The notes under the pieces are model-generated. The model made no database searches, had not been told where the DNA came from, and saw only the letters and a list, made by a program, of their open reading frames with translations. From Xylographa opegraphella (lineage: Eukaryota): DNA of 64,000 nucleotides. The DNA lies in NCBI GenBank assembly GCA_022813865.1, contig JALDZX010000051.1, positions 62,001 through 126,000 of the forward strand. The letters run 5' to 3'. Of this stretch, positions 1 through 12,586 are shown one piece after another; the first letter of the stretch is position 1; every line of letters begins with the position of its first letter. A program made the position numbers and the translations under genes.

Positions 1-25
1 TAGGTAGTAAACCTCTCCCATAATC

Positions 26-1578
26 ATGCCACCCGCAGGAGGAAGATTCGGACCTCAGGTGCCGTCTGGACCTTTTCCACACCTCTCGAACAGTCATCTG
101 CAACATCACGGTAACCAGCATCAGCCTCCAGGCTCTGCTGGTCTCCCTCCGCCCTCCTTCAACACACACCCAGGCTTCTCCCACAACACTCCGAACTTGG
201 GGTTGAATCCCTTTGCTCCAACAAACGGCACAAATGGACTAGCTAACGCTTTTGGTGGAGGCGGTGGCCTCGGTGGGGGTGGGACCGGGCTCGCAAGTCA
301 TGCAGCTGTGATGGGATTCGCACATGGCGCCGCAATACAACAACAGCAACAGGCTCGGGAGGCCTTGAGGAGAAGTAGTGGGACTGGCAAGGCGCAGAAC
401 AAAAGCAGGATACGGGATGTCTGGCAGAGCAACTTGGCACAGGAGATGCAGACCATCCGGGAATTAGTCGACAGATATCCGTACATCAGCATGGTAGATT
501 TCTCAGAGGTCATTCTTGATGAACTCATGTTAACGGAAGCTGATAGGACACCGAGTTTCCTGGCGTTGTTGCTCGACCAATGGGAAAGTTCACTACAAAA
601 CAGGATTATCATTACCAGACCTTACGCTGCAACGTGGACCTCCTCCAGGTAATACAGCTTGGTATCACATTATTCTCGAAGGATGGAGAGACCCCGCCGG
701 CACATGGAGAAAATGGCCTAACGGGAACCCCTTATCAGAATAGCTTGATGCCTTGTCCGTGTACTTGGCAATTCAATTTCAAGTTTTCTGTTCACAATGA
801 CATGCACAACCAAGAGTCGATAGATTTCCTTGCTAGTGTGGGCATGAACATGGAGATGCACGAAAACAACGGCATCGATGCTCACGAATTTGGTGCAATG
901 TTGATAAGTTCTGGATTGGTGCTTATTGACGATGTTAAGTGGATATCGTTCCATTCCGGGTACGACTTTGGGTATCTGGTGAAGATAATGCTCTGCAATC
1001 CACTGCCAGAGGAAGAAGGGGAGTACCGAAAGCTTCTCAGCATATTCTTTCCCGCCATTTATGATATCAAGTTCATGATCAGAAGTGCGCAGAAGACCCA
1101 GATGGTGAATGACACAGCATTAACCGCCGTTGCCGCGAACATCCTCAATACACTGGGTACAAAGGGGGGCCTCCAGGATTTGGCAGACGAACTAGGGATC
1201 AAGAGAATCGGGACTGCTCACCAAGCAGGATCCGATAGTCTTATCACGGGGAAAGTCTTCTGGGACGTCAAGAAAAATATTTTCAACGGCACTATCGACG
1301 ACGGCAAATACCTTGGACAAGTCTGGGGTCTGCACGAGCTGAACGAGTCACAGGCCGGGTCCAGCCAGGCCAGATTCGACTCCCAAACGACACCGAATCT
1401 GAACGGCGCCACAATATACTCCACGAATGGTACGCCAAGCACACCGGGCACAGCTCATACTGGTCTGGCACAAACGCCAAACCAGCAATCGAATCTCGCA
1501 AATGGCAGCACGACAGGATCTTTGACCCCGGGAGGCGGAGTTGGAGCATTTGGAAGATTTGGGTTTGGAAAAGGGTAA
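26..1578 (+). CDS. CAF1: CCR4-NOT deadenylase subunit Caf1/Pop2 (DEDD nuclease) with low-complexity N- and C-terminal extensions
   Basis: Removing intron 494-546 (GTAGAT...TAG) joins IRDVWQSNL...YPYISM to DTEFPGVV. Later motifs YQTLRCNVDLL, WQFNFKF, FHSGYDFGYL and HQAGSDS are present, so all DEDD acidic residues appear intact. Confidence 0.95.
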
Positions 1579-2298
1579 AGGGAGCTCGGGGTCGACGATG
1601 TTTGTTCATATCAGTGTATCAATAAGGACCGGTTAAAGGCGCGCGAAGATATGTCTGTTGTTCTGCTGCATTTTGAGCGGGATGGTACATTTCATACCTT
1701 AGGAACTCTACACATCTTGTTCTTTACGAACCAGCATCTGACTTCTTCACGTGCAGCATTTGGGCCAATGCCAAGCCGTGCCACGGAATACCAGGCATGC
1801 CAATTGGACCTGTGGCCCCTGTCCATTTACCAAGCTCGGTTCGTGTCTTTTGGCTGTAGCAGTGGAGACTAAGATCAATCCGTTCCACCCACACTTGTGG
1901 CGTCGTCGTTTCACAATCATAATTGTGCTGCGAGTTTGACGAGAACGGGCCGCCTAACCCGATACAGCTAAATGATCCCGCGCATACTCTATCAACTTCT
2001 TATCGGACCCTCCCCGCAAAGGCGATGCGCCGGGCGGGTTGGACTGCGTACCTGACCTACACTTTGTCCATTGGGGTGCCACTGCTTCTTTTAATTACTA
2101 CTTTAGGCCATTCAATGCTCACCTGTCCCGGTAGCCGTACAGTCACCATCCTTAAGAACTGAGGCTTCTCAACCTACCTTTGCGCTTTCACTTATATCCC
2201 ATATCTTGCCACAACGAAAGCAGATCCATTTGAGAGGTTTGTCCACGGCCGCCCACAGTCTGCCATAGTCGTGATTCAGCACGGCCGACGCATTGAGA

Positions 2299-4500
2299 AT
2301 GGTTCTCGAAAGGCTCAAGCAGGTGGCTCAGCATGTCACCGGAACTCTGCCTCGCCCACATCCTTTCGACCCTTTGACAAGTGCAGAGATCGAGAACGCT
2401 GTCGCCATCATTGGACAAGAACACAAATCGCTTTACTACAATGCCGTCACTCTTCACGAGCCACGGAAAGCCACGATGCTGGCGTGGCTCGCAGACCCGG
2501 ATCATAACAGTCGACCTCATAGGGTTGCCGATGTTGTGGCTATCGGGAAAGGTAGCAAGGTGTATGATGGCCTGATAGATTTGGAGGAAAAGAAGATACT
2601 GGAATGGAAATCAATTGAAGGTGTACAGCCATTGGTAGGCCCGTACATAACGCTTTGGACGGGTGGACTTGCTGAGTAGCACAGATCACCATGGAAGATT
2701 TACAGATTGTGGAACACGTCGTGCGAAAGGATCCCAAGGTCATTGAACAGTGCGGGATTATTGGGATTCCTAAAGAAGATATGCATAAGGTGTATTGCGA
2801 TCGTAGGTGCCCTCAGAGATGAGTTGACAGGGCTTCAAAGCTGATACGTAAAGCTTGGACCATTGGTTTCGACGAAAGATTTGGAAATAAGGTCCGATTG
2901 CAGCAAGCCTTGATGTACTACCGGCCTCATGTCGACGACAGTCAATATACCTATCCCTTGGATTTCACTCCCATCTTCAACTCGGATACCCAGGAGATCG
3001 TACATATCGACGTGCCTCCAGTACGCAGGCCGGTAAACCAAGCACCACCAACCAACTACCATCCTGAAGCAATCAAGGCTGAAGGTGGTTACCGAACCGA
3101 TCTGAAACCAATCAACATAACTCAGCCGGAAGGAGTGTCGTTCAAAGTCGACGGTAGGATTTTACAGTGGCAGAATTGGAAAATTCACGTCGGTTTCAAC
3201 TACCGCGAAGGAATCGTTTTAAACAACATCACATACACAGATAAAGGTAACGAACGAGGTGTGTTTTACAGGCTTTCTTTGGCAGAGATGGTGGTTCCGT
3301 ACGGCAATCCAGAACATCCGCACCAGAGAAAGCATGCTTTCGATCTTGGGGAATATGGTGGAGGCTATATGACCAACAGTCTTGCCCTAGGCTGCGATTG
3401 TAAGGGTGCTATACATTACATGGATGCATCCTTCGTGAACAGAGCAGGTGCCAGCGAGACGATCAAGAATGCCATTTGTATCCACGAGGAAGACGCGGGC
3501 ATTCTCTTCAAACATACCGACTTCCGCGATAACTCCGTTATTGTCACCCGAGGCCGGAAATTGCTGATCTCTCACGTCTTCACCGCGGCTAACTACGAAT
3601 ACTGTGTTTACTGGATCTTCCACCAAGATGGAACAATACAGCTGGAAATCAAATTGACCGGAATCTTGAATACTTATGCTATGAACCCAGGCGAGGACAC
3701 CTTAGGCTGGGGCACCGAAGTGTATCCAGGGGTGAATGCCCACAACCACCAGCATTTGTTTTGCCTAAGAATAGATCCCAACATCGATGGTCCACTTAAC
3801 ACTGTCTTTCAGGTTGACGCAACAGCCGGGCCAGGAGACGTTGGGAGCGCAGAGAACAAATACGGCAATGCATTCTATGCACACAATACAAAGTACACCA
3901 CACCAAAGGAGGCCATGGCGGACTATGATGGGAGCTCAAGCAGAACGTGGGACATGGCCAACACCAACAAGATAAATCCATACAGCCACAAGCCTGTGAG
4001 CTACAAGCTCGTCAGCCGTGAAGTCCCTGCCTTACTGCCAAAACCAGGAGGCTTGGTATGGAAACGTGCGGGTTTCGCGCGGCATGCTGTACACGTCACC
4101 AAATGTAAGCTATTGCGTCTTTGTATGGTTCTCGAGCTCGGGCTGACGTGCTATAGACCAAGACGATCAACTACATCCAGCTGGGCGCCATGTTCCTCAA
4201 ACATCTGGTGACCCTTCCCGCGGTCTACCCGAATGGATTGAAGCTCACGGCGATGAAGATATCGAGAACACGGATATCGTGCTTTGGCACACGTTTGGTC
4301 TCACTCATTTCCCATCACCCGAGGACTACCCGGTGATGCCAGCAGAACCCATGACAGTGCTGCTTCGACCAAGGAATTTCTTCCTCAAAAATCCTGCACT
4401 CGACGTGCCTCCCAGTTATTGCACAACGCCGAGTCAGGTTGCGAGTATGTTAAAAGGCCCGGTAATTAACAACGCAGACAAGGCGAGCCGCATAGCTTGA
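2299..4500 (+). CDS. Copper-containing (TPQ) amine oxidase
   Basis: Introns 2635-2684, 2803-2853 and 4105-4156 join the ORFs. Motifs: HPFDPL, TPQ consensus ANYEY, Cu ligands HNHQH, and C-terminal WHTFGLTH/EDYPVMP. Confidence 0.95.
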
Positions 4501-4865
4501 TCGGGTCCACCCTAGGTCGATGATCCAGCATAGGCGGATATTGCTGCTATCTCTACATCTGATGCTGGTCAAAATAACGTGAGACTAACGCTAAAGGATC
4601 GGACATGTCATTTAGGATTCCGGTTTGGCTCGCAGGTATCATGCTTTGTGACGATATTACGTGGACAAGATGATGTGTACAAACATGAAATAGCTATTCT
4701 TTGGCGGATACGGGAATGGCACTTGATGCAGCGCAACAAGCTTCTTTTGGCAGATTGTCTCAAGCACGATCGTTGGGTATTCCTAACTGCAACGCCTAAT
4801 ATCAAACCCCTCCCTTCCTTCCTTGACTCATGCCCTCTTTCATTGCTTCTTACTGCGGCGCCGCT

Positions 4866-5334
4866 CTAGTAGAGTGTTTCCTCGTCGTCTTCCAAAATCC
4901 TTTGCTTATCTCGTGACTTAGCGAGCTCCTCCTCCTCCTTCGAGAGGCGAGCGGACGATCCGCCTGCGCCCTGGCCCTTCTCGTTCCGCAAGAGTCGTTG
5001 CAGCTTCTTCAATAGTGCCTTCTCTTTGCGAGCGGCTAGCTTGGCCTCTGCGATGGCGTCTGATCAAGAGTCAATATTATGATTGATGACCGTGAGCATA
5101 ATTCAGTAGGACGTTTCGGGATGTCATGCGACATGGACAACGCATGAGCAGCTAGGGGGAGCACAAAGTATAGGGTTTGCATGCTCTTTTGAAGTATAGG
5201 TGGAGAATAAACTACGGACCTGGGTCCTCGCCTCTGGCTATGGCAGCTTCGCGGTCCCGTTTCCACATGGCCTTGTACCCATCGTCGTGGACCCCAACGG
5301 CGCCTATGTTGTGATGGCATACCATTCCCGCCAT
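4866..5334 (-). CDS. Small (~102 aa) charged, probably helical hypothetical protein, two exons
   Basis: ATG at 5334; exon 5334-5220, intron 5219-5060 (GTCCGT...TCAG), exon 5059-4866 ending TAG. Reads in frame MAGMVCHHNIGAVGVHDDGYKAMWKRDREAAIARGEDP-DAIAEAKLAARKEKALLKKLQRLLRNEK...EDDEETLY. A TATA-like TTTTATAAA lies about 45 nt upstream. Confidence 0.6.
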
Positions 5335-5382
5335 GTTGTCGTAATATCGGAGTAAACAAGCTCAGGCACTGGTGGTTTATAA

Positions 5383-5506
5383 AATATTATCAGCAAGATT
5401 GAATTAAGATGACGGTCCTGTAGGTCGAGCACACGGTATATATATATATAGAATATTCTCAGCAAGATTTAGTAAAGATGATAGTGCTGCAGGTCGAGCA
5501 CACGGT
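5383..5506. repeat. Imperfect tandem duplication, period 69 bp, with a (TA)n tract between the copies
   Basis: CAGCAAGATT at 5391 and 5460; AGGTCGAGCACACGGT at 5422 and 5491. Confidence 0.85.
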
Positions 5507-5937
5507 TTATGTGATGATTGCTAGACACACGATCTCATGACTTCCTTGTATGCGATGCTGCATTCAGGCTATTTGAGAGTTGGTAGCGGCCCGCGGGGTA
5601 GATACCACGATCTAGACATATGGAAGCGGACCGCAAAGATCTATCAGCTCACACTGGTCGTAACAAGATGCAGAACGCCATCTTTCACGCTGGCACCGGA
5701 GCGCTGGGATGCCGAGAACGCCTCTGACGAGCTCATCATTGACTTTGGATCCAGTCGTTGTAGATGTGCGTAGATGTGGTGCTGACCAGTCCCAGAGTAG
5801 GCCATGAATGTTCCCCAAATGCACCAGATGTGGTAATTCGTAGACCGACTGATGGACTTGCCAGTGCTGCTCGACACCGCGACGCCTCACCCATACACCA
5901 TTGAACCCAAACCGTGCTGTTGTCGGTGGTCCTCCAA

Positions 5938-6594
5938 TCACCTCGTTTCCCGCTCCCGCTGCTTCGAAAGCTGCGACTGAACCTCCACGCCCAGCGCTCT
6001 GAGCTCCGCGTTCTCATCCCCTCCCGTCTCGATCCCCCTGGCGATCCAATCCGCCGCGTCCTCCCACCTGCCCATCTCCACCAGGCACTTGCCCCTCCTC
6101 CACCACGCCTTCCCGTTGCCCGGCGCCGGTTTCAGCTCAACGCTTGTCTCCGCGTCCGCGGCCCCCTCTGGCCACGCCTGCAGGCCCATGTGCGCCTGCG
6201 CCCGATTGCTCATCAAGATGGCCACCTCGTCGCGCACGATGCTGGCGGGCTCCCACGGCAGGCGCGTCAGCGCCATTTCCAGCGCGTACGAGTACAGCTT
6301 GATGGCTTCCTGGGTGTGCGCTTGCGCGTTGGCCGCGGAGGCAGTGCCGCCCTTGCGGGCCAGCGAGGCGTTGCCTTGCTCGCGCATCTTCTGGATGGCG
6401 GCGCTGCGTTTGGGGTTCAGAGGGAGGGGGGGTGGCGGGACGGAGTTGGGGGTGTCGAGGGTGAGGAGCGAACGGTGGGTCGTGTTCAGCAGGGCGAGCT
6501 CGGCGGCGATGGAGGAGCTTTTGAGCGAAGGGCAAGAGATGGCTTTGCTGGTCGGATCGAGGTGGAGGGGGAGGAGGGTGAAGGTGTCTTCCAT
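5938..6594 (-). CDS. SEC72: Sec62/63 complex TPR subunit Sec72
   Basis: Intronless 218-aa ORF with the fungal Sec72 pattern: LLPLHLDP, VPPPPLPLNPKRSA, then TPRs (AIKLYSYALEMALTRLPWE, SNRAQAHM, KAWWRRGKCL). Confidence 0.88.
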   Translation of the reverse strand: MEDTFTLLPLHLDPTSKAISCPSLKSSSIAAELALLNTTHRSLLTLDTPNSVPPPPLPLNPKRSAAIQKMREQGNASLARKGGTASAANAQAHTQEAIKLYSYALEMALTRLPWEPASIVRDEVAILMSNRAQAHMGLQAWPEGAADAETSVELKPAPGNGKAWWRRGKCLVEMGRWEDAADWIARGIETGGDENAELRALGVEVQSQLSKQRERETR

Positions 6595-7837
6595 AGCTGC
6601 TGCTGCCGGGGCTTGGGCAGGTACAAGAGGTCAGGCAGGCCGTAAAGTTGCAGGTAATGACCTAGTAGACACGGTTGCAGTACACTTTCGAAGGTGGTAT
6701 GCTGTGTCAGAGAGGAGTCCGCAAATTCACCGCTTTACACGTTTCATCACGCTAGCACCGTGCCAAGCCACAAAGCTCGCTTAGGACTAACTGAGATTAC
6801 AAGGACTCGGGGCCAAATTGTTATAGCTCTTTCTCCACACGTAGTCACTTGAAAGGAACTACGTGGGGGATCCTCGGCTTGAGGAACCAAGGTAGCCCCA
6901 TTAATGTTGGGACTATGTCGAAGATGAGGAGTCTGTCTATTGTCTATACTGACTTCGCAGCCTCCGATACCGGCTTTTCGATTTCAGCCTACACCGTTAT
7001 AGGTTTTGCACCCAAGCTTTAGGCTGTTAGCATAACTATATTACTACCCTGACCGCTGGAGAGCAGCAGATATCAAGGCGTCTCTGTGTCTATACGAGCC
7101 TGTGGCTCTTTTCTGAACCCAGGAGCGTATATCAAGTCGGGATGACACGACAGGATCGAGCAATATCGAGGGAGCAGGCACCTTCGTTTCGGAATGCGAG
7201 CATTGTTTTCGGAGTCCATCGGAGCCGAAATTACGAGGAAGAAAGTACTGAGAAGCTTCGCGTGTCTATACCGCGATTTCAAGCACTTGGCCCTTACTCA
7301 TGACAATGTCTGTTCGGTCGAAAGCATAGCTCATACAAGCAAAACCGCGTTTCAGTAATACTCATGACGAATCTGTCGGAATTGGAACTGCGGCCGCATG
7401 AGTTTCGGTGTCGCGGACACGTAAGTACCATCAAAGACCTGCAGTCGCGGCCACCTCGTTGAACGATAGGTCCTAAGGTATCAGTAAGGTATTTCCTCCG
7501 CATAATACTCATCGCTGGCTGTCCTGGTGAGCGTTATCGTCTGGGTCGACAAATAGCAATGAGCATCATCGAAAGTAACGGAGAAAAAATTGAGACCGCT
7601 ATCCTGCTTATCGGACATGGTCTACTGAGTGCGCAATGTGTTACGTGTTCGTGGATCGTGTACAGAGGTGGAAGTTCAACTCCGAACTCCGTTGTTTCGC
7701 AAGCTGAGGTTCAGTACGTCACTTACTCCGTGCACCAGCCCCAAGTAGTTCATATCAGTCTGCCTTTCTTTATTTACTTCGGCGTTGTCTTTTCTATCGT
7801 CTGCTGTTCTGTAATCGCGTCCATACAGAGCAAAATC

Positions 7838-9655
7838 ATGGAGAGCGATAATGGCTTCGATGAGAGCACTCCTCTTATCGCAAAACAGGCTTCTGCCCCT
7901 GCCGCGGGCAATTCTACTTCCCGAAATCGCGTTCTTCTCACGGCATATCTTATTATCATCTGTATCATGTTTGGCGATTATATGCAGCAGTCCCCTAGAA
8001 TACAGGTTTATGAATCTGTTCTCTGTTGCAACTATTATTCAACTGTCGACAACCGGCTTATGCAGAGCCGTGACTGCAAAGTGAAGGCCGTTCAGCAGGA
8101 GCTGGCCACGTTAAGAGGTGTAGAGCGTTTAACCGAGCTCTTACCAAGTACGCCTCTTTATATGGTTCTCGATCATTTTGTTCAGAGACATTTTTGACGG
8201 CTAGTGACAGCTGTGCTTGCCATTCCGTATGGAATTGTCGCCAAAAAATATGGACATCAGACGATTTTGACCCTCGCATGCGTGGGGCTAGCCCTTGCGC
8301 AAACATGGACACTCCTCATCTGTAAGTGTGACTCTACCGTCTACCGTCAAAGCCATTCCGCGCTGTTCACTGAATAAGATCAACCAGGTTGGTTTTCAGA
8401 GAGCCTGCCAATTCGATTGATATGGGCACAGTGGGTATGGCAGCTTATAGGCGGGGGGTCGACCGTTCTGTCGACTATGTTTTTCCTCGTTCTCACTGAT
8501 ATGACGCCTGCAAAATCAAGGTATGGAGATTCATGCTCTCAATTTTCGATGTGAGAACTAAAGAGTGCTTCACCTCGCAGGACGATTATGTTCTTTCGTT
8601 TACATGCTGCATTAATGGTTGCAGGAATATTGGGACCAATCACAGCTTCAGTTCTAATGGGTTATAATGTCTGGCTGCCGTGGGTACTTGGAGTGGTCCT
8701 CATCTTTGTTTCTGCTTTTTTTACGTTACTGCTACCCAATCGTAAGGATGAGCCGGACCCGCAAGATGATATGAACGGCGACCGCGGAATCGTGGATCAG
8801 GAGAACGGCAACATCATGGCTACACGGAAAGGCATCTCTATGAAGGAGAGACTTATTGCTGCTTTGCAAAATCTGAAAGCTACTAGTAATTTTCTTACGG
8901 CCAACGTCCAGATTCTATTATTGCTTGTTATGACTGGGCTCAGCAACTTAGGGAACGAGTCACTCGCTCTACTGTTGTTGATATATGTACCCGAGCGATA
9001 CCACTGGACTTTTGCGAAGGTGATCTCCTTGCCACCAATTCTCCGCTTTTCTGTTTATCCGCTAACACCTCGGTTGCTCCCAGGCTGGCTACCTGTGGTC
9101 TCTTGGCGCAGGAGTCCAATTGTTTCTCCTCATCATTCTTCTACCGTTTGCGGGTTATGTGCTTTCGGAGCGTCTCAATTTTTCTTCTCATGATAAAGAT
9201 CGGACCCTCATGCTCCTCAGTTGCGCAGTTATGGGTACCGGAGCGTTGTGCCTTGGCCTAGCGCCTGAGATCGGTCTCGCAGTCATTGGTAAGTCTGCCA
9301 TCATTAGAGCTTGAGTATCTCTCATAGACTAACTCAAAGGATAGGCATTATACTTATGTCATTTGGTGCCGGTCTTCATGCTCTCGTCCGATCGCTCGTG
9401 ACATTGCATACCTCATCCAATAATATTAGCGTGGTTTATTCTGCGATGTCTATGGTCACTACTGTCACCGCCGCATTGGCTGGACCTTTGTTCAACGAAA
9501 CTTACTCCGCGGGGCTGCAATTAGGGAAGATGTGGCATGGTTTGCCATTTTTTATAGCCGCAGGATTGGTCGCTCTAGACTTCGTCCTGACATTATTCAT
9601 ACGAGAAAACCACACTACGAGTATGCCTGCACAGGCTGAGAATCAGGATGACTAG
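7838..9655 (+). CDS. Major facilitator superfamily transporter (fungal ustT/SLC46-like group)
   Basis: Probable ATG at 7838 (MESDNGFDESTPLI). Five GT-AG introns at about 8148-8210, 8322-8387, 8521-8580, 9020-9083 and 9289-9344. Luminal C..CKVKAVQQELA motif, IPYG motif-A region and multiple TM segments. Confidence 0.82.
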
Positions 9656-10152
9656 ATCACTTGTCATCTGACGACGGATATTATAAAGAAATTGATGGGC
9701 TTGCTTTGGGCTGCAGGCGGCCTGCGTCATACACAATAGAATTAGACAGGCAGCAAGGTAGGTAGCACTTCGATTGGGATAGGACATAATTCTAGTGGGA
9801 TATAGACAAGGGGCATTTTGGATATCACGATGTGATGCGACGTAATACAGATGACGCTTATATTTAGTCTACTCAGATATTCTTATACTTGTCAAGAGGG
9901 TGTCAGAATTGAAACTGAATTCAATCCGTCCAACTGGTAGAGTGTGCTGCTGCTGCTGCTGCAAATATTGGACTAGCCGATTCGTGATTTTGGACCTCCC
10001 TGCATCCTTCAAACTTCCAAACTTCATGTGATAGAGCCAAGCCCAAGCCAACGATTTTGTTCACCACACGGGTTAAGTATCCGTTTTCTCCAGCTTGTGA
10101 CTCTGCAGTGTCAAGTTGCCGTCTTGTACGGGCTTTCGGTTTTTGACGTTAC

Positions 10153-12292
10153 ATGGCTCCTTCCATAGCGAGCGCCAAGTTGACGCTCTCCTACCCTCTA
10201 TACGCTGCAGACTTCGATCCTAGCAACAGTGACTTCCTCGTTGTCGGTGGAGGGGGAGGGGAGGGACGAAGCGGTGTCGGAAACAAGATTGTACGCGTTC
10301 GCAAATTTAACATCCTTGCGTTATTCGAGACTGATCATTCTATTACGCCAGACCTTGATTGATACGTCCCGGAAGCAAGCGATCTCTGAAGTCGCGGACG
10401 TTGACCTTTCGCGGAATGAAGACTCTGTCACTTCTCTTGCTATTGCGCAGTCATCTGATACCTCGGCGATAGTCTTTGCCGGTGTTAACTCATCGGGGGC
10501 TGAGCAGCAAGCAGGGAGGAATGAGCATTTACGCTCCTTCAGGCTTGGATATCCACCTCGAACGGGAGGTAACGCCGACACGAAAGAGGCCAAGATTGGC
10601 ACGGTAGCCCTTGGCAAGGTCTCGTTGTTCAAAGTTGCCACGGAGTCTAAGAAAGAGACTTATCAAAGGGTGCTAAGGTTGTCACCAGCCAACAATGACA
10701 CTGGAAGCAGATTGGGCGTCATTGCTACTGGGCTCGCAGCAGCGGGAGAAGTGGTTATATTCGATGCGTCGCGTGATAGCCCAACGCAGGAAGATGTAAG
10801 GCAACGTGTACAACTGGGCAAGGGCGAGGAGGCGGCGGATGTTGATGTGATTGAGAGCAAAGAGGGGGGTTATCTGGTAGCTTACTGTACGGATTATGAA
10901 GTGTATGTATGCAAGCTTCCTTCGACATCACAAAACAACGACTCGGAGCCTCAGTTCATTCATGGTACGCCTCACCCAGACGTCTTTTCTTCGGGCAAGA
11001 AACGCCCCACCTTCCGCTCGTTACGCTTTCTCACGCCTAGCCTTTTACTTCTACTTCAGAATCAGCCGAATCGATCTGGTGCCGAGCTTCTTCTGCTGGA
11101 AGTTCCAGGAAATACATACCTTGGCACGGTGGTTCTCCGCAAGGTTCTGCACCGCTCAATCAAGTCAGCAAGTGCACTCGCTACTGCACTTCTCCCAGCT
11201 TCAAATCCTAACCAAGATATACAACATGTCATTGCTATTGCTGGCCAGGACATTTCCATTACGATACTCACTCTCTACCATTCTCCGATCCGCAAAGCCT
11301 CTTCTTCACTCAGATTCAATACTTGTACTACACTCTACAATGTTCATCCTCTTCAAATGACAGCGCTCACCTTCTCGACCTTCAGGCTTCCCACAAAGAA
11401 CTCATATGCCATACCACACTATCTCAAACTTGCCTCTACAAGCATGTCATCTACAGTTATAGTCCATACATTCGCGTTGTCTCCGCATCCCCAAACATCC
11501 CGGCAGCAGGGTCTTCCTGCCCGCTTTGTCCTCCAACAACCTGCTTCAGGCGACATGGCTCAGATGAGTCTTAGCGTCATCGTCAGCATCATCGTGGTTG
11601 CGCTTGGGGCTTTCCTTCTGCAAGCGTGGACGGAGATCCGGGGCGGAACCCCAGAATATTTGGGAGCCAAAGGCTGGCTGAGTCAGCGGTTACAAGACTA
11701 TGTTGCTTTGCCATATATGTTTGAGGATGTACATGTCGAAATGCCAGTCCTTCCTTCAGAAATGCCGAAAATAGAGGAGGTGAGGTCGAGGATACCAAGT
11801 CGGGATGATCTCAAGGACAGCATTATGGAGGACGCCTCGGCTATCATTGACAAGGCCGAAAGTCTCAAAGACATTGTCGCTAAGACTTTGTCCCTTCGCT
11901 CTCTTCTGTCGCTCCGTAATAAATACTTATCCCCAGACTACGCCACAACAGACGATGATGAGGACGAAGACGAAGACGACGAGGAATACGACCAAGACAA
12001 TGAAGAAACTACTGATACTTCTCCCTTCGACCTCCCCTCCAAAGCAATTCTGGTCCGTGACAGCGGATCTTCGCTCTCCACCGAACTTCGCAGCGACATG
12101 TCCGCTGTTGGAGAACTAGGCAAGCCATGGGAAGAGCTGACGAAAGATCAGAGGGAATTGTGGAAGTCACGGCTCATTGAAGCAGGCGAATGGACTTTGG
12201 AAGAAGGGGAGACGGTACTGAAGGGGGTTTTCTTCGGGCAGATCGGGGGACTTGTGGGAGAGGTTGTAGGAGGTATGATGGGCGGATCTTAG
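10153..12292 (+). CDS. SEC12: Sar1 guanine-nucleotide exchange factor Sec12/PREB-like type II ER membrane protein
   Basis: N-terminal YPLYA...GGGGGEGRSGVGNKI K-loop; intron 10291-10351; beta-propeller-like body; single TM (LSVIVSIIVVALGAFLLQAW); acidic luminal tract. Confidence 0.85.
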
Positions 12293-12586
12293 CTCCCAAG
12301 AATCGCGGTCTCAGAGAAGTCGAATCTGTTTATTTGATATGTTTGGAATGCTTGAACTTCCTCTAGACGGTGTTGCGCATACCCCTGCTGTCTTTTTACT
12401 GCCAGCTACCTTATACAATTGACGGCTGGAGGTCGTCATAGTGGTCTTTGGTCTTACTTATATAGGCGCGTCTTCGCTACAGCGATGCTCTAACAATATA
12501 ATTCCAAGGCTTCACGTCCCCTCATTGTTTGTCTGGGAGAAATATCTAAGCGACCACCGCCACCGATTCCCCCCTATCCTGACCTC

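Noticed and set aside
6791..6830. CTGAGATTA as part of a TPP riboswitch
   Set aside because: No downstream GAAC(C/T)TGAT...ATA...GCG element and no thiamine-related gene nearby.
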